Virus record (IMG/VR): IMGVR_UViG_2571042732_000002 | Strand: one strand, 5' to 3' | DNA from: a virus | Taxonomy: Duplodnaviria > Heunggongvirae > Uroviricota > Caudoviricetes | Length of the DNA stretch: 42,939 nucleotides | Notes under the pieces: generated by a model | Seen by the model: the letters and a program-made list of their open reading frames with translations, nothing else | Told to the model about the DNA's origin: nothing | Database searches by the model: none | Made by a program: the position numbers and the translations under genes | Shown here: positions 16,653-30,321 of the stretch, piece by piece | Numbering within the stretch: position 1 is the first letter of the stretch | Layout of the letters: each line of letters begins with the position of its first letter

Positions 16653-16958
16653 ATGCACGAAAAAGAGAGCCTTGCCGGAGCGTTCTGGCTCGTTTTGCTG
16701 ATCATCGCAGGTTGGGGCGGTCTGGTCCGCTACCTGATAGATGTGAAGCAGAGTAAAGCAACGTGGAGTTGGATAAATGCTCTGGCTCAAATAGTGGTAT
16801 CAGGATTCACCGGTGTTATTGGTGGCCTGATCAGCATCGAAAGTGGATTCAGTATTTACATGATTCTCGCGACAGCGGGGATTAGTGGTGCGATGGGTTC
16901 GGTTGCACTGACGTACTTCTGGGAACGACTGACAGGGGTGAAAAATGCAAAATCTTAA
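16653..16958 (+). CDS. Holin, about 101 aa (105 aa from TTG 16641), non-lambda S type
   Basis: Hydrophobic helices (FWLVLLIIAGWGGLV, ALAQIVVSGFTGVIGGLI, IYMILATAGISGAMGSVAL), charged C-terminus, immediately upstream of and overlapping R; two closely spaced starts. Confidence 0.7.
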   Translation: MHEKESLAGAFWLVLLIIAGWGGLVRYLIDVKQSKATWSWINALAQIVVSGFTGVIGGLISIESGFSIYMILATAGISGAMGSVALTYFWERLTGVKNAKS

Positions 16959-17421
16959 TCCTCAGCGTAAAGCCTTCCTCGATATGTTGGCGTGGTCAGA
17001 AGGAACGGATAACGGGCGACAACCGACACGTAACCACGGTTATGATGTTATTGTTGGCGGCGAACTGTTTACTGATTACTCCGATCACCCTCGCAAACTT
17101 GTCACGCTACACCCCAAACTCAAATCAACAGCCGCCGGACGTTATCAGCTTCTTTCACGCTGGTGGGATGCTTACCGTAAACAGCTTGGTTTGAAAGACT
17201 TCTCCCCCAAAAGCCAGGACGCAGTGGCATTACAGCAGATTAAAGAGCGTGGTGCTTTACCGATGATTGATCGCGGTGATATCCGTCAGGCAATCGACCG
17301 TTGCAGCAATATCTGGGCTTCACTGCCGGGCGCTGGTTATGGTCAGTTCGAGCATAAGGCTGACAGCCTGATTGCAAAATTCAAAGAAGCTGGCGGAACG
17401 CTCAGAGAGAGTGAGGTATGA
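16945..17421 (+). CDS. R: Endolysin R (lytic transglycosylase), 158 aa
   Basis: Translated ORF recognisably near-identical to lambda R (…[22 protein letters not shown]...). Confidence 0.95.
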   Translation: MQNLNPQRKAFLDMLAWSEGTDNGRQPTRNHGYDVIVGGELFTDYSDHPRKLVTLHPKLKSTAAGRYQLLSRWWDAYRKQLGLKDFSPKSQDAVALQQIKERGALPMIDRGDIRQAIDRCSNIWASLPGAGYGQFEHKADSLIAKFKEAGGTLRESEV

Positions 17422-17879
17422 GCAGAATAACCGCGATTATCTCCGCTCTGGTTATCTGCGTCATCGTCTGCCTTTCATGGGCGGTTAATCATTACCGCGA
17501 TAACGCGATTACCTACAAAGCCCAGCGCGACAAAAATGCCAGAGAACTGACGCTGGCGAACGCGGCAATTACTGACATACAGATGCGTCAGCGTGATGTT
17601 GCTGCGCTCGATGCAAAATACACGAAGGAGTTAGCTGATGCGAAAGCTGAAAATGATGCTCTGCGTGATGATGTTGCCGCTGGTCGTCGTCGGTTGCACA
17701 TCAAAGCAGTCTGTCAGTCAGTGCGTGAAGCCACCACCGCCTCCGGCGTGGATAATGCAGCCTCCCCCCGACTGGCAGACACCGCTGAACGGGATTATTT
17801 CACCCTCAGAGAGAGGCTGATCACTATGCAAAAACAACTGGAAGGAACCCAGAAGTATATTAATGAGCAGTGCAGATAG
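17418..17879 (+). CDS. Rz: Spanin inner-membrane subunit Rz, 153 aa
   Basis: Translated ORF recognisably near-identical to lambda Rz. Confidence 0.95.
   Translation: MSRITAIISALVICVIVCLSWAVNHYRDNAITYKAQRDKNARELTLANAAITDIQMRQRDVAALDAKYTKELADAKAENDALRDDVAAGRRRLHIKAVCQSVREATTASGVDNAASPRLADTAERDYFTLRERLITMQKQLEGTQKYINEQCR
17638..17820 (+). CDS. Rz1: Spanin outer-membrane lipoprotein Rz1, embedded in Rz in another frame, 60 aa
   Basis: Lipobox LVVVGC, proline-rich, AAGGAG upstream; matches lambda Rz1. Confidence 0.85.
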   Translation: MRKLKMMLCVMMLPLVVVGCTSKQSVSQCVKPPPPPAWIMQPPPDWQTPLNGIISPSERG

Positions 17880-17910
17880 AGCTGCCCATATCGATGGGCA
17901 ACTCATGCAA

Positions 17911-18204
17911 TTATTGTGAGCAATACACACGCGCTTCCAGCGGAGTATAAATGCCTAAAGTAATAAAACCGAGCAATCCATTTACGAATGTTTGCTGGGT
18001 TTCTGTTTTAACAACATTTTCTGCACCACCACAAATTTTTGCTGCATCGACAGTTTTCTTCTGCCCAATTCCCGAAACGAAGAAATGATGGGTGATGGTT
18101 TCCTTTGGTGTTACTGCTGTAGGTTTGTTTCCAACAGTAAACGTCTGTTGAGCACATCCTGTAATAAGCATTGCCAGAGCGGCAGAAAACAACATTTTTT
18201 TCAT
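17911..18204 (-). CDS. bor: Bor lipoprotein (serum resistance), 97 aa
   Basis: From ATG 18204 the product MKKMLFSAALAMLITGCAQQTFTV... is recognisably near-identical to lambda Bor; the track's longer ORF has a spurious N-terminal extension. Confidence 0.9.
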   Translation of the reverse strand: MKKMLFSAALAMLITGCAQQTFTVGNKPTAVTPKETITHHFFVSGIGQKKTVDAAKICGGAENVVKTETQQTFVNGLLGFITLGIYTPLEARVYCSQ

Positions 18205-18684
18205 CTTATTATCCTGCATTGTTAAAAACGGCAGAATCCTGTGTGACAACAATTAAACGATAGTTAAATGGATTGATGAAAATTAAAACTACACAGGTGG
18301 GCTCAGACTATTGGAGGAAGTTGGGGACACTCAGAATCCTGTGGAATGAAATAAACCGGTCTATCCGTCCATTACCCTTTTAGCTGCGCTGTATCGTCGC
18401 CGTATTCCCGCATTAACCATGACCGTAGCCCGACGGGGAATTCCTTCTGCGTGAGTGTGCGGGAATAATTAAAAACGATGCACACCGGGTTTTTACCGCG
18501 TTAATGATTCGCGGGTTTATCCCGGTGCGATGGTGGAAGAAACAGGAAGCTGTATTACAGAAAGTGCTACTACTGTATCCCGATGCGATGTATGTAATGT
18601 GAGTCAGATAATGGCACAGGATGTGGTGATGTGGCAGTCTGGAACACAGGATATATTGTCAGAATAAGACCCGTAGGAATAAAA

Positions 18685-19011
18685 ATGAAAAGACGCCTTT
18701 TACTACTTTTTCTGTTATCTGTCCTGGCAGTGGGATGCTCGCAGCAAAAAGCTGATGAGCCCCGGCAATTAGTGACGGTGTATCCACGATATCCGGAATA
18801 TGCTGCAGCAAATTATATCAAGGGGCTGGTTGAGGTTAAGTTCGATATTGGTGCTGATGGGACTGTGACACGGATCGTTTTTCTCCGCTCAGAGCCTCAT
18901 AATTTGTTTCGTGATGAAGTGGTGAAGGCCATGGCGAAATGGCGATTTGAAAAGAATCGCCCCTGTCAGGGAGTGAAGAGACAATTTATCTTTACGCCGT
19001 CACGTCCTTGA
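18685..19011 (+). CDS. Lipoprotein with TonB C-terminal-like domain, 108 aa
   Basis: Signal peptide with lipobox (LLSVLAVGC); the remainder follows the TonB-C pattern YP..A......G.V.V.F.....G.V.....V..S.....F......A...WRF. Confidence 0.55.
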   Translation: MKRRLLLLFLLSVLAVGCSQQKADEPRQLVTVYPRYPEYAAANYIKGLVEVKFDIGADGTVTRIVFLRSEPHNLFRDEVVKAMAKWRFEKNRPCQGVKRQFIFTPSRP

Positions 19012-19374
19012 TGCTTCCAGGTAGAGAGGGGCTGGAAGCAGGAGAAAAATGAAAGAGCCAGCGGTTATATTTTTGTCATGGCTGACGAGGAATGATGGAA
19101 GAAGGCGTTGTATGCCACACAACACCTCACTGTTCATTTCTTCTTTTTCTCTGGTGGAACCCGATGAATAAGAGTTGCACTGGTTTCCGATGAGATGGCG
19201 ATATACTCGGGCAAAGTATGCTGGCAGTTTTCCAACTGGTCAAAAATACCTGCTCTCGTCTGTTGCAATGCCTGCAGCATGCGGCGGCAATGCGCCTTGC
19301 TTTTACTAACCATCTTTCCTTCCTCTATCAGTCGCTGCGTGAACTCATCATGGAATACCAGGTAAATGCGGATG

Positions 19375-19626
19375 TTATCGGTTTTGGCTACGCAGCATAG
19401 TACAAAACGGACAGGTGCATCCCGGGACGGGGGAGGCGTCACATGTCCCTGTGATGGTTGTTCCGGGTAATGTACTGTGTGGGGCATAAAAATGTCCGAT
19501 AATTTTACTTTCTACCGCAGTTAGTTGATTCGTTGGTCCTGGTAGCACATTGGGCGAGGATTTAAATGCCAGGCAACTGAAGGATGATGTCGCAAGGGAG
19601 ATAGCGAGAATATTTCTGATTTTCAT
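19375..19626 (-). CDS. Small putative secreted protein, 83 aa
   Basis: ATG 19626 with AGAGG upstream; signal-peptide-like N-terminus; Cys-rich C-terminus. Weak call. Confidence 0.25.
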   Translation of the reverse strand: MKIRNILAISLATSSFSCLAFKSSPNVLPGPTNQLTAVESKIIGHFYAPHSTLPGTTITGTCDASPVPGCTCPFCTMLRSQNR

Positions 19627-19774
19627 TTGATGATGCCTCTGTGTGAAATGACGGTAAACGACGCACTTGTGCCGGCACATAATAGCAAGCACCATAATAG
19701 ATCAGATTCGATTCTTGCTGTAAGTGATAATTATTCTCGTTTTCGGGTCCTTTCCGTCGATCCAACAGGTTACG

Positions 19775-19786
19775 GGGCGGCGACCT
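19775..19786 (+). other. cos: cosN, 12-nt cohesive-end sequence GGGCGGCGACCT
   Basis: Exact lambda cohesive-end 12-mer, preceded by the lambda right-end sequence CCAACAGGTTACG and followed by lambda-like cosB up to Nu1. Confidence 0.85.
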
Positions 19787-19963
19787 CGCGGGTTTTCGCT
19801 ATTTATGAAAATTTTCCGGTTTAAGGCATTTCCGTTCTTCTTCGTCGTAACTTAATGTTTTTATTTAAAATACCCCCTGAAAAGAAAGGAAACGACAGGT
19901 GCTGAAAACGAGCTTTTTGGCCTCTGTCGTTTCCTTTCTCTGTTTTTGTCCGTGGAATGAACA

Positions 19964-20483
19964 ATGGAAGTCAACAAAAAGCAGCTGGCTGACATTTTCG
20001 GTGCGAGTATCCGTACCATTCAGAACTGGCAGGAACAGGGAATGCCCGTTCTGCGAGGCGGTGGCAAGGGTAATGAGGTGCTTTATGACTCTGCCGCCGT
20101 TATAAAATGGTATGCCGAAAGGGATGCTGAAATTGAGAACGAAAAGCTGCGCCGGGAGGTTGAAGAACTGCGACAGGCCAGCGAGGCAGATCTCCAGCCA
20201 GGGACTATTGAGTACGAACGCCATCGACTTACGCGTGCGCAGGCCGACGCACAGGAGCTGAAAAATGCCAGAGACTCCGCTGAAGTGGTGGAAACTGCAT
20301 TCTGTACTTTCGTGCTGTCGCGGATCGCAGGTGAAATTGCCAGTATTCTCGACGGGATCCCCCTGTCGGTGCAGCGGCGTTTTCCGGAACTGGAAAACCG
20401 ACATGTTGATTTCCTGAAACGGGATATCATCAAAGCCATGAACAAAGCAGCCGCGCTGGATGAACTGATACCGGGGTTGCTGA

Positions 20484-20509
<26 letters not shown>
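19964..20509 (+). CDS. Nu1: Terminase small subunit Nu1, 181 aa
   Basis: Translated ORF recognisably near-identical to lambda Nu1. Confidence 0.95.
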
Positions 20510-24190
<3,681 letters not shown>

Positions 24191-24210
<20 letters not shown>

Positions 24211-25510
24211 TCTCCCGCATATTGCCAGTATGGCCTTTAATGAGCCGCTGATGCTTGAACCCGCCTATGCGCGGGTTTTCTTTTGTGCGCTTGCAGGCCA
24301 GCTTGGGATCAGCCGCCTGACGGATGCGGTATCCGGCGACAGCCTGACTGCCGGAGAGGCACCCGCGGCGCTGGCGTTATCCGTTGATGATGACGGACCA
24401 CGACAGGCCCGCAGTTATCAGGTCATGAACGGCATCGCCGTGCTGCCGGTGTCCGGCACGCTGGTCAGTCGGACGCGAGCGCTGCAGCCGTATTCGGGGA
24501 TGACCGGTTACAACGGCATTATCGCCCGTCTGCAACAGGCTGCCAGCGACCCGATGGTGGACGGCATTCTGCTCGATATGGATACGCCAGGCGGGATGGT
24601 GGCAGGGGCATTTGACTGCGCTGACATCATCGCCCGTGTGCGTGACATAAAGCCGGTATGGGCGCTGGCCAACGACATGAACTGCAGTGCAGGTCAGTTG
24701 CTTGCCAGCGCCGCCTCCCGACGTCTGGTCACGCAGACCGCCCGGACAGGCTCCATCGGCGTCATGATGGCTCACAGTAATTACGGTGCTGCGCTGGAGA
24801 AACAGGGCGTGGAAATCACGCTGATTTACAGCGGCAGCCATAAGGTGGATGGCAACCCCTACAGCCATCTACCGGATGATGTCCGGGAAACACTGCAGTC
24901 CCGGATGGATGCAACCCGCCGGATGTTTGCACAGAAGGTGTCGGCATATACCGGCCTGTCCGTGCAGGCTGTGCTGGATACCGAGGCTGCAGTGTACAGC
25001 GGTCAGGAGGCCATTGATGCCGGACTGGCTGATGAACTTGTTAACAGTACCGATGCGATCACCGTCATGCGTGATGCACTGGATGCACGTAAATCCCGTC
25101 TCTCAGGAGGGCGAATGACCAAAGAGACTCAATCAACAACTGTTTCAGCCACTGCTTCGCAGGCTGACGTTACTGGCGTGGTGCCAGCGACGGAGGGCGA
25201 GAACGCCAGCGCTGCGCAGCCGGACGTGAACGCGCAGATCACCGCAGCGGTTGCGGCAGAAAACAGTCGCATTATGGGGATCCTCAACTGTGAGGAAGCT
25301 CACGGACGCGAAGAACAGGCACGCGTGCTGGCCGAAACCCCTGGTATGACCGTGGAAACGGCCCGCCGCATTCTGGCAGTTGCACCACAGAGTGCACAGG
25401 CGCGCAGTGACACTGCGCTGGATCGTCTGATGCAGGGGGCACCGGCACCGCTGGCTGCAGGTAACCTGGCATCTGATGCCGTTAACGATTTGCTGAACAC
25501 ACCAGTGTAA
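24191..25510 (+). CDS. C: Head maturation protease / scaffold C, 439 aa
   Basis: GTG 24191 with GAGGAG upstream gives VTAELRNLPHIASMAF... matching lambda gpC; the track ORF from 24056 is an upstream extension that overlaps B. Confidence 0.9.
24905..25510 (+). CDS. Nu3: Scaffolding protein Nu3, in-frame C-terminal nested product of C, 201 aa
   Basis: In-frame ATG at 24905 (MDATRRMFAQK...) at the position of lambda Nu3. Confidence 0.65.
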   Translation: MDATRRMFAQKVSAYTGLSVQAVLDTEAAVYSGQEAIDAGLADELVNSTDAITVMRDALDARKSRLSGGRMTKETQSTTVSATASQADVTGVVPATEGENASAAQPDVNAQITAAVAAENSRIMGILNCEEAHGREEQARVLAETPGMTVETARRILAVAPQSAQARSDTALDRLMQGAPAPLAAGNLASDAVNDLLNTPV

Positions 25511-25519
25511 GGGATGTTT

Positions 25520-25852
25520 ATGACGAGCAAAGAAACCTTTACCCATTACCAGCCGCTGGGCAACAGTGACCCGGCTCATACCGCAACCGCGCCCGGCGGA
25601 TTGAGTGCGAAAGCGCCTGCAATGACCCCGCTGATGCTGGACACCTCCAGCCGTAAGCTGGTTGCGTGGGATGGCACCACCGACGGTGCTGCCGTTGGCA
25701 TTCTTGCGGTTGCTGCTGACCAGACCAGCACCACGCTGACGTTCTACAAGTCCGGCACGTTCCGTTATGAGGATGTGCTCTGGCCGGAGGCTGCCAGCGA
25801 CGAGACGAAAAAACGGACCGCGTTTGCCGGAACGGCAATCAGCATCGTTTAA
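25520..25852 (+). CDS. D: Head decoration protein D, 110 aa
   Basis: [12 protein letters not shown]... matches lambda gpD. Confidence 0.95.
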   Translation: MTSKETFTHYQPLGNSDPAHTATAPGGLSAKAPAMTPLMLDTSSRKLVAWDGTTDGAAVGILAVAADQTSTTLTFYKSGTFRYEDVLWPEAASDETKKRTAFAGTAISIV

Positions 25853-25872
25853 CTTTACCCTTCATCACTAAA

Positions 25873-25893
25873 GGCCGCCTGTGCGGCTTTTTT
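25873..25893 (+). terminator. Terminator-like hairpin between D and E
   Basis: GGCCGC-CTGT-GCGGC stem followed by TTTTTT. Confidence 0.4.
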
Positions 25894-25906
25894 ACGGGAT
25901 TTTTTT

Positions 25907-26932
25907 ATGTCGATGTACACAACCGCCCAGCTGCTGGCGGCAAATGAGCAGAAATTTAAGTTTGATCCGCTGTTTCTGCGTCTCTTTTTCCGTGAGAGCT
26001 ATCCCTTCACCACGGAGAAAGTCTATCTCTCACAAATTCCGGGACTGGTAAACATGGCGCTGTACGTTTCGCCGATTGTTTCCGGTGAGGTTATCCGTTC
26101 CCGTGGCGGCTCCACCTCTGAATTTACGCCGGGATATGTCAAGCCGAAGCATGAAGTGAATCCGCAGATGACCCTGCGTCGCCTGCCGGATGAAGATCCG
26201 CAGAATCTGGTGGACCCGGCTTACCGCCGCCGTCGCATCATCATGCAGAACATGCGTGACGAAGAGCTGGCCATTGCTCAGGTCGAAGAGATGCAGGCAG
26301 TTTCTGCCGTGCTTAAGGGCAAATACACCATGACCGGTGAAGCCTTCGATCCGGTTGAGGTGGATATGGGCCGCAGTGAGGAGAATAACATCACGCAGTC
26401 CGGCGGCACGGAGTGGAGCAAGCGTGACAAGTCCACGTATGACCCGACCGACGATATCGAAGCCTACGCGCTGAACGCCAGCGGTGTGGTGAATATCATC
26501 GTGTTCGATCCGAAAGGCTGGGCGCTGTTCCGTTCCTTCAAAGCCGTCAAGGAGAAGCTGGATACCCGTCGTGGCTCTAATTCCGAGCTGGAGACAGCGG
26601 TGAAAGACCTGGGTAAAGCGGTGTCCTATAAGGGGATGTATGGCGATGTGGCCATCGTCGTGTATTCCGGACAGTACGTGGAAAACGGCGTCAAAAAGAA
26701 CTTCCTGCCGGACAACACGATGGTGCTGGGGAACACTCAGGCACGCGGTCTGCGCACCTATGGCTGCATTCAGGATGCGGACGCACAGCGCGAAGGCATT
26801 AACGCCTCTGCCCGTTACCCGAAAAACTGGGTGACCACCGGCGATCCGGCGCGTGAGTTCACCATGATTCAGTCAGCACCGCTGATGCTGCTGGCTGACC
26901 CTGATGAGTTCGTGTCCGTACAACTGGCGTAA
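25907..26932 (+). CDS. E: Major capsid protein E, 341 aa
   Basis: Matches lambda gpE. Confidence 0.95.
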   Translation: MSMYTTAQLLAANEQKFKFDPLFLRLFFRESYPFTTEKVYLSQIPGLVNMALYVSPIVSGEVIRSRGGSTSEFTPGYVKPKHEVNPQMTLRRLPDEDPQNLVDPAYRRRRIIMQNMRDEELAIAQVEEMQAVSAVLKGKYTMTGEAFDPVEVDMGRSEENNITQSGGTEWSKRDKSTYDPTDDIEAYALNASGVVNIIVFDPKGWALFRSFKAVKEKLDTRRGSNSELETAVKDLGKAVSYKGMYGDVAIVVYSGQYVENGVKKNFLPDNTMVLGNTQARGLRTYGCIQDADAQREGINASARYPKNWVTTGDPAREFTMIQSAPLMLLADPDEFVSVQLA

Positions 26933-26973
26933 TCATGGCCCTTCGGGGCCATTGTTTCTCTGTGGAGGAGTCC

Positions 26974-27372
26974 ATGACGAAAGATGAACTGATTGCCCGT
27001 CTCCGCTCGCTGGGTGAACAACTGAACCGTGATGTCAGCCTGACGGGGACGAAAGAAGAACTGGCGCTCCGTGTGGCAGAGCTGGAAGAGGAGCTTGATG
27101 ACACGGATGAAACTGCCGGTCAGGACACCCCTCTCAGCCGGGAAAATGTGCTGACCGGACATGAAAATGAGGTGAGATCAGCGCAGCCGGATACCGTGAT
27201 TCTGGATACGTCTGAACTGGTCACGGTCGTGGCACTGGTGAAGCTGCATACTGATGCACTTCACGCCACGCGGGATGAACCTGTGGCATTTGTGCTGCCG
27301 GGAACGGCGTTTCGTGTCTCTGCCGGTGTGGCAGCCGAAATGACAGAGCGCGGCCTGGCCAGAATGCAATAA
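26974..27372 (+). CDS. FI: DNA-packaging protein FI, 132 aa
   Basis: ATG 26974 (MTKDELIARLRSLGEQ...) matches lambda gpFI; the track ORF has an upstream extension. Confidence 0.9.
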   Translation: MTKDELIARLRSLGEQLNRDVSLTGTKEELALRVAELEEELDDTDETAGQDTPLSRENVLTGHENEVRSAQPDTVILDTSELVTVVALVKLHTDALHATRDEPVAFVLPGTAFRVSAGVAAEMTERGLARMQ

Positions 27373-27383
27373 CGGGAGGCGCT

Positions 27384-27737
27384 GTGGCTGATTTCGATAA
27401 CCTGTTCGATGCTGCTATTGCCCGCGCCGATGAAACGATACGCGGGTACATGGGAACGTCAGCCACCATGACATCCGGTGAGCAGTCAGGTGCGGTGATA
27501 CGTGGTGTTTTTGATGACCCTGAAAATATCAGCTATGCCGGACAGGGCGTGCGCGTTGAAGGCTCCAGCCCGTCCCTGTTTGTTCGGACTGATGAGGTGC
27601 GGCAGCTGCGGCGTGGAGACACGCTGACCATCGGTGAGGAAAATTTCTGGGTAGATCGGGTTTCGCCGGATGATGGCGGAAGTTGTCATCTCTGGCTTGG
27701 ACGGGGTGTACCGCCTGCCGTTAACCGTCGCCGCTGA
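27384..27737 (+). CDS. FII: Head-tail connector FII, 117 aa
   Basis: GTG start; matches lambda gpFII. Confidence 0.9.
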   Translation: MADFDNLFDAAIARADETIRGYMGTSATMTSGEQSGAVIRGVFDDPENISYAGQGVRVEGSSPSLFVRTDEVRQLRRGDTLTIGEENFWVDRVSPDDGGSCHLWLGRGVPPAVNRRR

Positions 27738-27748
27738 AAGGGGGATGT

Positions 27749-28327
27749 ATGGCCATAAAAGGTCTTGAGCAGGCCGTTGAAAACCTCAGCCGTATCAGCA
27801 AAACGGCGGTGCCTGGTGCCGCCGCAATGGCCATTAACCGCGTTGCTTCATCCGCGATATCGCAGTCTGCGTCACAGGTTGCCCGTGAGACAAAGGTACG
27901 CCGAAAACTGGTAAAGGAAAGGGCCAGGCTGAAAAGGGCCACGGTCAAAAATCCGCAGGCCAGAATCAAAGTTAACCGGGGGGATTTGCCCGTAATCAAG
28001 CTGGGTAATGCGCGGGTTGTCCTGTCCCGCCGCAGGCGTCGTAAAAAGGGGCAGCGTTCATCCCTGAAAGGTGGCGGCAGCGTGCTTGTGGTGGGTAACC
28101 GTCGTATTCCCGGCGCGTTTATTCAGCAACTGAAAAATGGCCGGTGGCATGTTATGCAGCGTGTGGCCGGGAAAAACCGTTACCCCATTGATGTAGTGAA
28201 AATCCCGATGGCGGTGCCGCTGACCACGGCGTTTAAACAGAATATTGAACGGATACGGCGTGAACGTCTTCCGAAAGAGCTGGGCTATGCGCTGCAGCAT
28301 CAACTGAGAATGGTAATAAAGCGATGA
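27749..28327 (+). CDS. Z: Tail completion protein Z, 192 aa
   Basis: Matches lambda gpZ. Confidence 0.9.
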   Translation: MAIKGLEQAVENLSRISKTAVPGAAAMAINRVASSAISQSASQVARETKVRRKLVKERARLKRATVKNPQARIKVNRGDLPVIKLGNARVVLSRRRRRKKGQRSSLKGGGSVLVVGNRRIPGAFIQQLKNGRWHVMQRVAGKNRYPIDVVKIPMAVPLTTAFKQNIERIRRERLPKELGYALQHQLRMVIKR

Positions 28328-28719
28328 AACATACTGAACTCCGTGCAGCCGTACTGGATGCACTGGAGAAGCATGACACCGGGGCGACGCTTTTTGATGG
28401 TCGCCCCGCTGTTTTTGATGAGGAAGATTTTCCGGCAATTGCCGTTTATCTCACCGGCGCTGAATACACGGGCGAAGAGCTGGACAGCGATACCTGGCAG
28501 GCGGAGCTGCATATTGAAGTTTTCCTGCCTGCTCAGGTGCCGGATTCAGAGCTGGATTCGTGGATGGAGTCCCGGATTTATCCGGTGATGAGCGATATCC
28601 CGGCACTGTCAGATTTGATCACCAGTATGGTGGCCAGTGGCTATGACTACCGGCGCGACGATGATGCGGGCCTGTGGAGTTCAGCCGATCTGACTTATGT
28701 CATTACCTATGAAATGTGA
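28324..28719 (+). CDS. U: Tail terminator protein U, 131 aa
   Basis: Matches lambda gpU; ATGA overlap with Z. Confidence 0.9.
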   Translation: MKHTELRAAVLDALEKHDTGATLFDGRPAVFDEEDFPAIAVYLTGAEYTGEELDSDTWQAELHIEVFLPAQVPDSELDSWMESRIYPVMSDIPALSDLITSMVASGYDYRRDDDAGLWSSADLTYVITYEM

Positions 28720-28726
28720 GGACGCT

Positions 28727-29467
28727 ATGCCTGTACCAAATCCTACAATGCCGGTGAAAGGTGCCGGGACCACCCTGTGGGTTTATAAGGGGAGCGGTGA
28801 CCCTTATGCGAACCCGCTTTCAGACGTTGACTGGTCGCGTCTGGCAAAAGTTAAAGACCTGACGCCCGGCGAACTGACCGCTGAGTCCTATGACGACAGC
28901 TATCTCGATGATGAAGATGCAGACTGGACTGCGACCGGGCAGGGGCAGAAATCTGCCGGAGATACCAGCTTCACGCTGGCGTGGATGCCCGGAGAGCAGG
29001 GGCAGCAGGCGCTGCTGGCGTGGTTTAATGAAGGTGATACCCGTGCCTATAAAATCCGCTTCCCGAACGGCACGGTCGATGTGTTCCGTGGCTGGGTCAG
29101 CAGTATCGGTAAGGCGGTGACGGCGAAGGAAGTGATTACCCGCACGGTGAAGGTCACCAATGTGGGACGTCCGTCGATGGCAGAAGATCGCAGCACGGTG
29201 ACGGCGACAACCGGCATGACGGTGACACCCGCCAGTGCTTCCGTAGTGAAAGGGCAGAGCACCACGCTGACCGTGGCATTCCAGCCGGAGGGCGCAACCG
29301 ACAAGAGCTTCCGTGCGGTGTCTGCGGATAAAACAAAAGCCACCGTGTCGGTCAGTGGTATGACCATCACCGTGAAAGGTGTTGCTGCAGGCAAGGTCAA
29401 CATTCCGGTCGTATCCGGTAATGGTGAGTTTGCTGCGGTTGCAGAAATCAACGTCACCGCCAGTTAA
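28727..29467 (+). CDS. V: Major tail tube protein V, 246 aa
   Basis: ATG 28727 ([22 protein letters not shown]...) matches lambda gpV. Confidence 0.95.
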   Translation: MPVPNPTMPVKGAGTTLWVYKGSGDPYANPLSDVDWSRLAKVKDLTPGELTAESYDDSYLDDEDADWTATGQGQKSAGDTSFTLAWMPGEQGQQALLAWFNEGDTRAYKIRFPNGTVDVFRGWVSSIGKAVTAKEVITRTVKVTNVGRPSMAEDRSTVTATTGMTVTPASASVVKGQSTTLTVAFQPEGATDKSFRAVSADKTKATVSVSGMTITVKGVAAGKVNIPVVSGNGEFAAVAEINVTAS

Positions 29468-29482
29468 TCCGGAGAGTCAGCG

Positions 29483-29905
29483 ATGTTCCTGAAAACCGAA
29501 TCATTTGAACATAACGGTGTGACCGTCACGCTTTCTGAACTGTCAGCCCTGCAGCGTATTGAGCATCTCGCCCTGATGAAACGGCAGGCAGAACAGGCGG
29601 AGTCAGACAGCAACCGGAAGTTTACTGTGGAAGACGCCATCAGAACCGGCGCGTTTCTGGTGGCGATGTCCCTGTGGCATAACCATCCGAAGAAGACAAA
29701 GCTGCCTTCCATGAATGAAGCCGTTAAACAGATTGAGCAGGAAGTGCTTACCACCTGGCCCACAGAGGCAATTTCTCATGCTGAAAACGTGGTGTACCGG
29801 CTGTCCGGTATGTATGAGTTTGTGGTGAATGATGCTCCTGAACAGGCAGAGGACGCCGGGCCTGCAGAGCCTGTTTCTGCGGGAAAGTGTTCGACGGTGA
29901 GCTGA
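29483..29905 (+). CDS. G: Tail assembly chaperone G, 140 aa
   Basis: Matches lambda gpG. Confidence 0.9.
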   Translation: MFLKTESFEHNGVTVTLSELSALQRIEHLALMKRQAEQAESDSNRKFTVEDAIRTGAFLVAMSLWHNHPKKTKLPSMNEAVKQIEQEVLTTWPTEAISHAENVVYRLSGMYEFVVNDAPEQAEDAGPAEPVSAGKCSTVS

Positions 29906-30321
29906 GTTTTGCCCTGAAACTGGCGCGCGAGATGGGGCGACCCGACTGGCGTGCCATGCTTGCCGGGATGTCATCCACGGAGTATGCCGACTGGCACCGC
30001 TTTTACAGTACCCATTATTTTCATGATGTTCTGCTGGATATGCACTTTTCCGGGCTGACGTACACCGTACTCAGCCTGTTTTTCAGCGATCCGGATATGC
30101 ATCCGCTGGATTTCAGTCTGCTGAACCGGCGCGAGGCTGACGAAGAGCCTGAAGATGATGTGCTGATGCAGAAAGCGGCAGGGCTTGCCGGAGGTGTCCG
30201 CTTTGGCCCGGACGGGAATGAAGTTATCCCCGCTTCCCCGGATGTGGCGGACATGACGGAGGATGACGTAATGCTGATGACAGTATCAGAAGGGATCGCA
30301 GGAGGAGTCCGGTATGGCTGA
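29483..30321 (+). CDS. G-T: G-T fusion made by programmed -1 ribosomal frameshift
   Basis: Slippery heptamer GGGAAAG at 29881-29887 near the end of G; the -1 frame (track ORF 29887..30321) has no independent ATG/RBS and matches lambda gpT. Confidence 0.85.

Noticed and set aside
19134-19765. Other overlapping small ORFs between the lipoprotein gene and cos (19134..19487 -, 19218..19400 +, 19562..19765 -, 19627..19824 +)
   Set aside because: Mutually overlapping with no RBS or recognisable features; only the signal-peptide ORF from ATG 19626 was kept as a weak call. 19627..19824 runs into the cos site.
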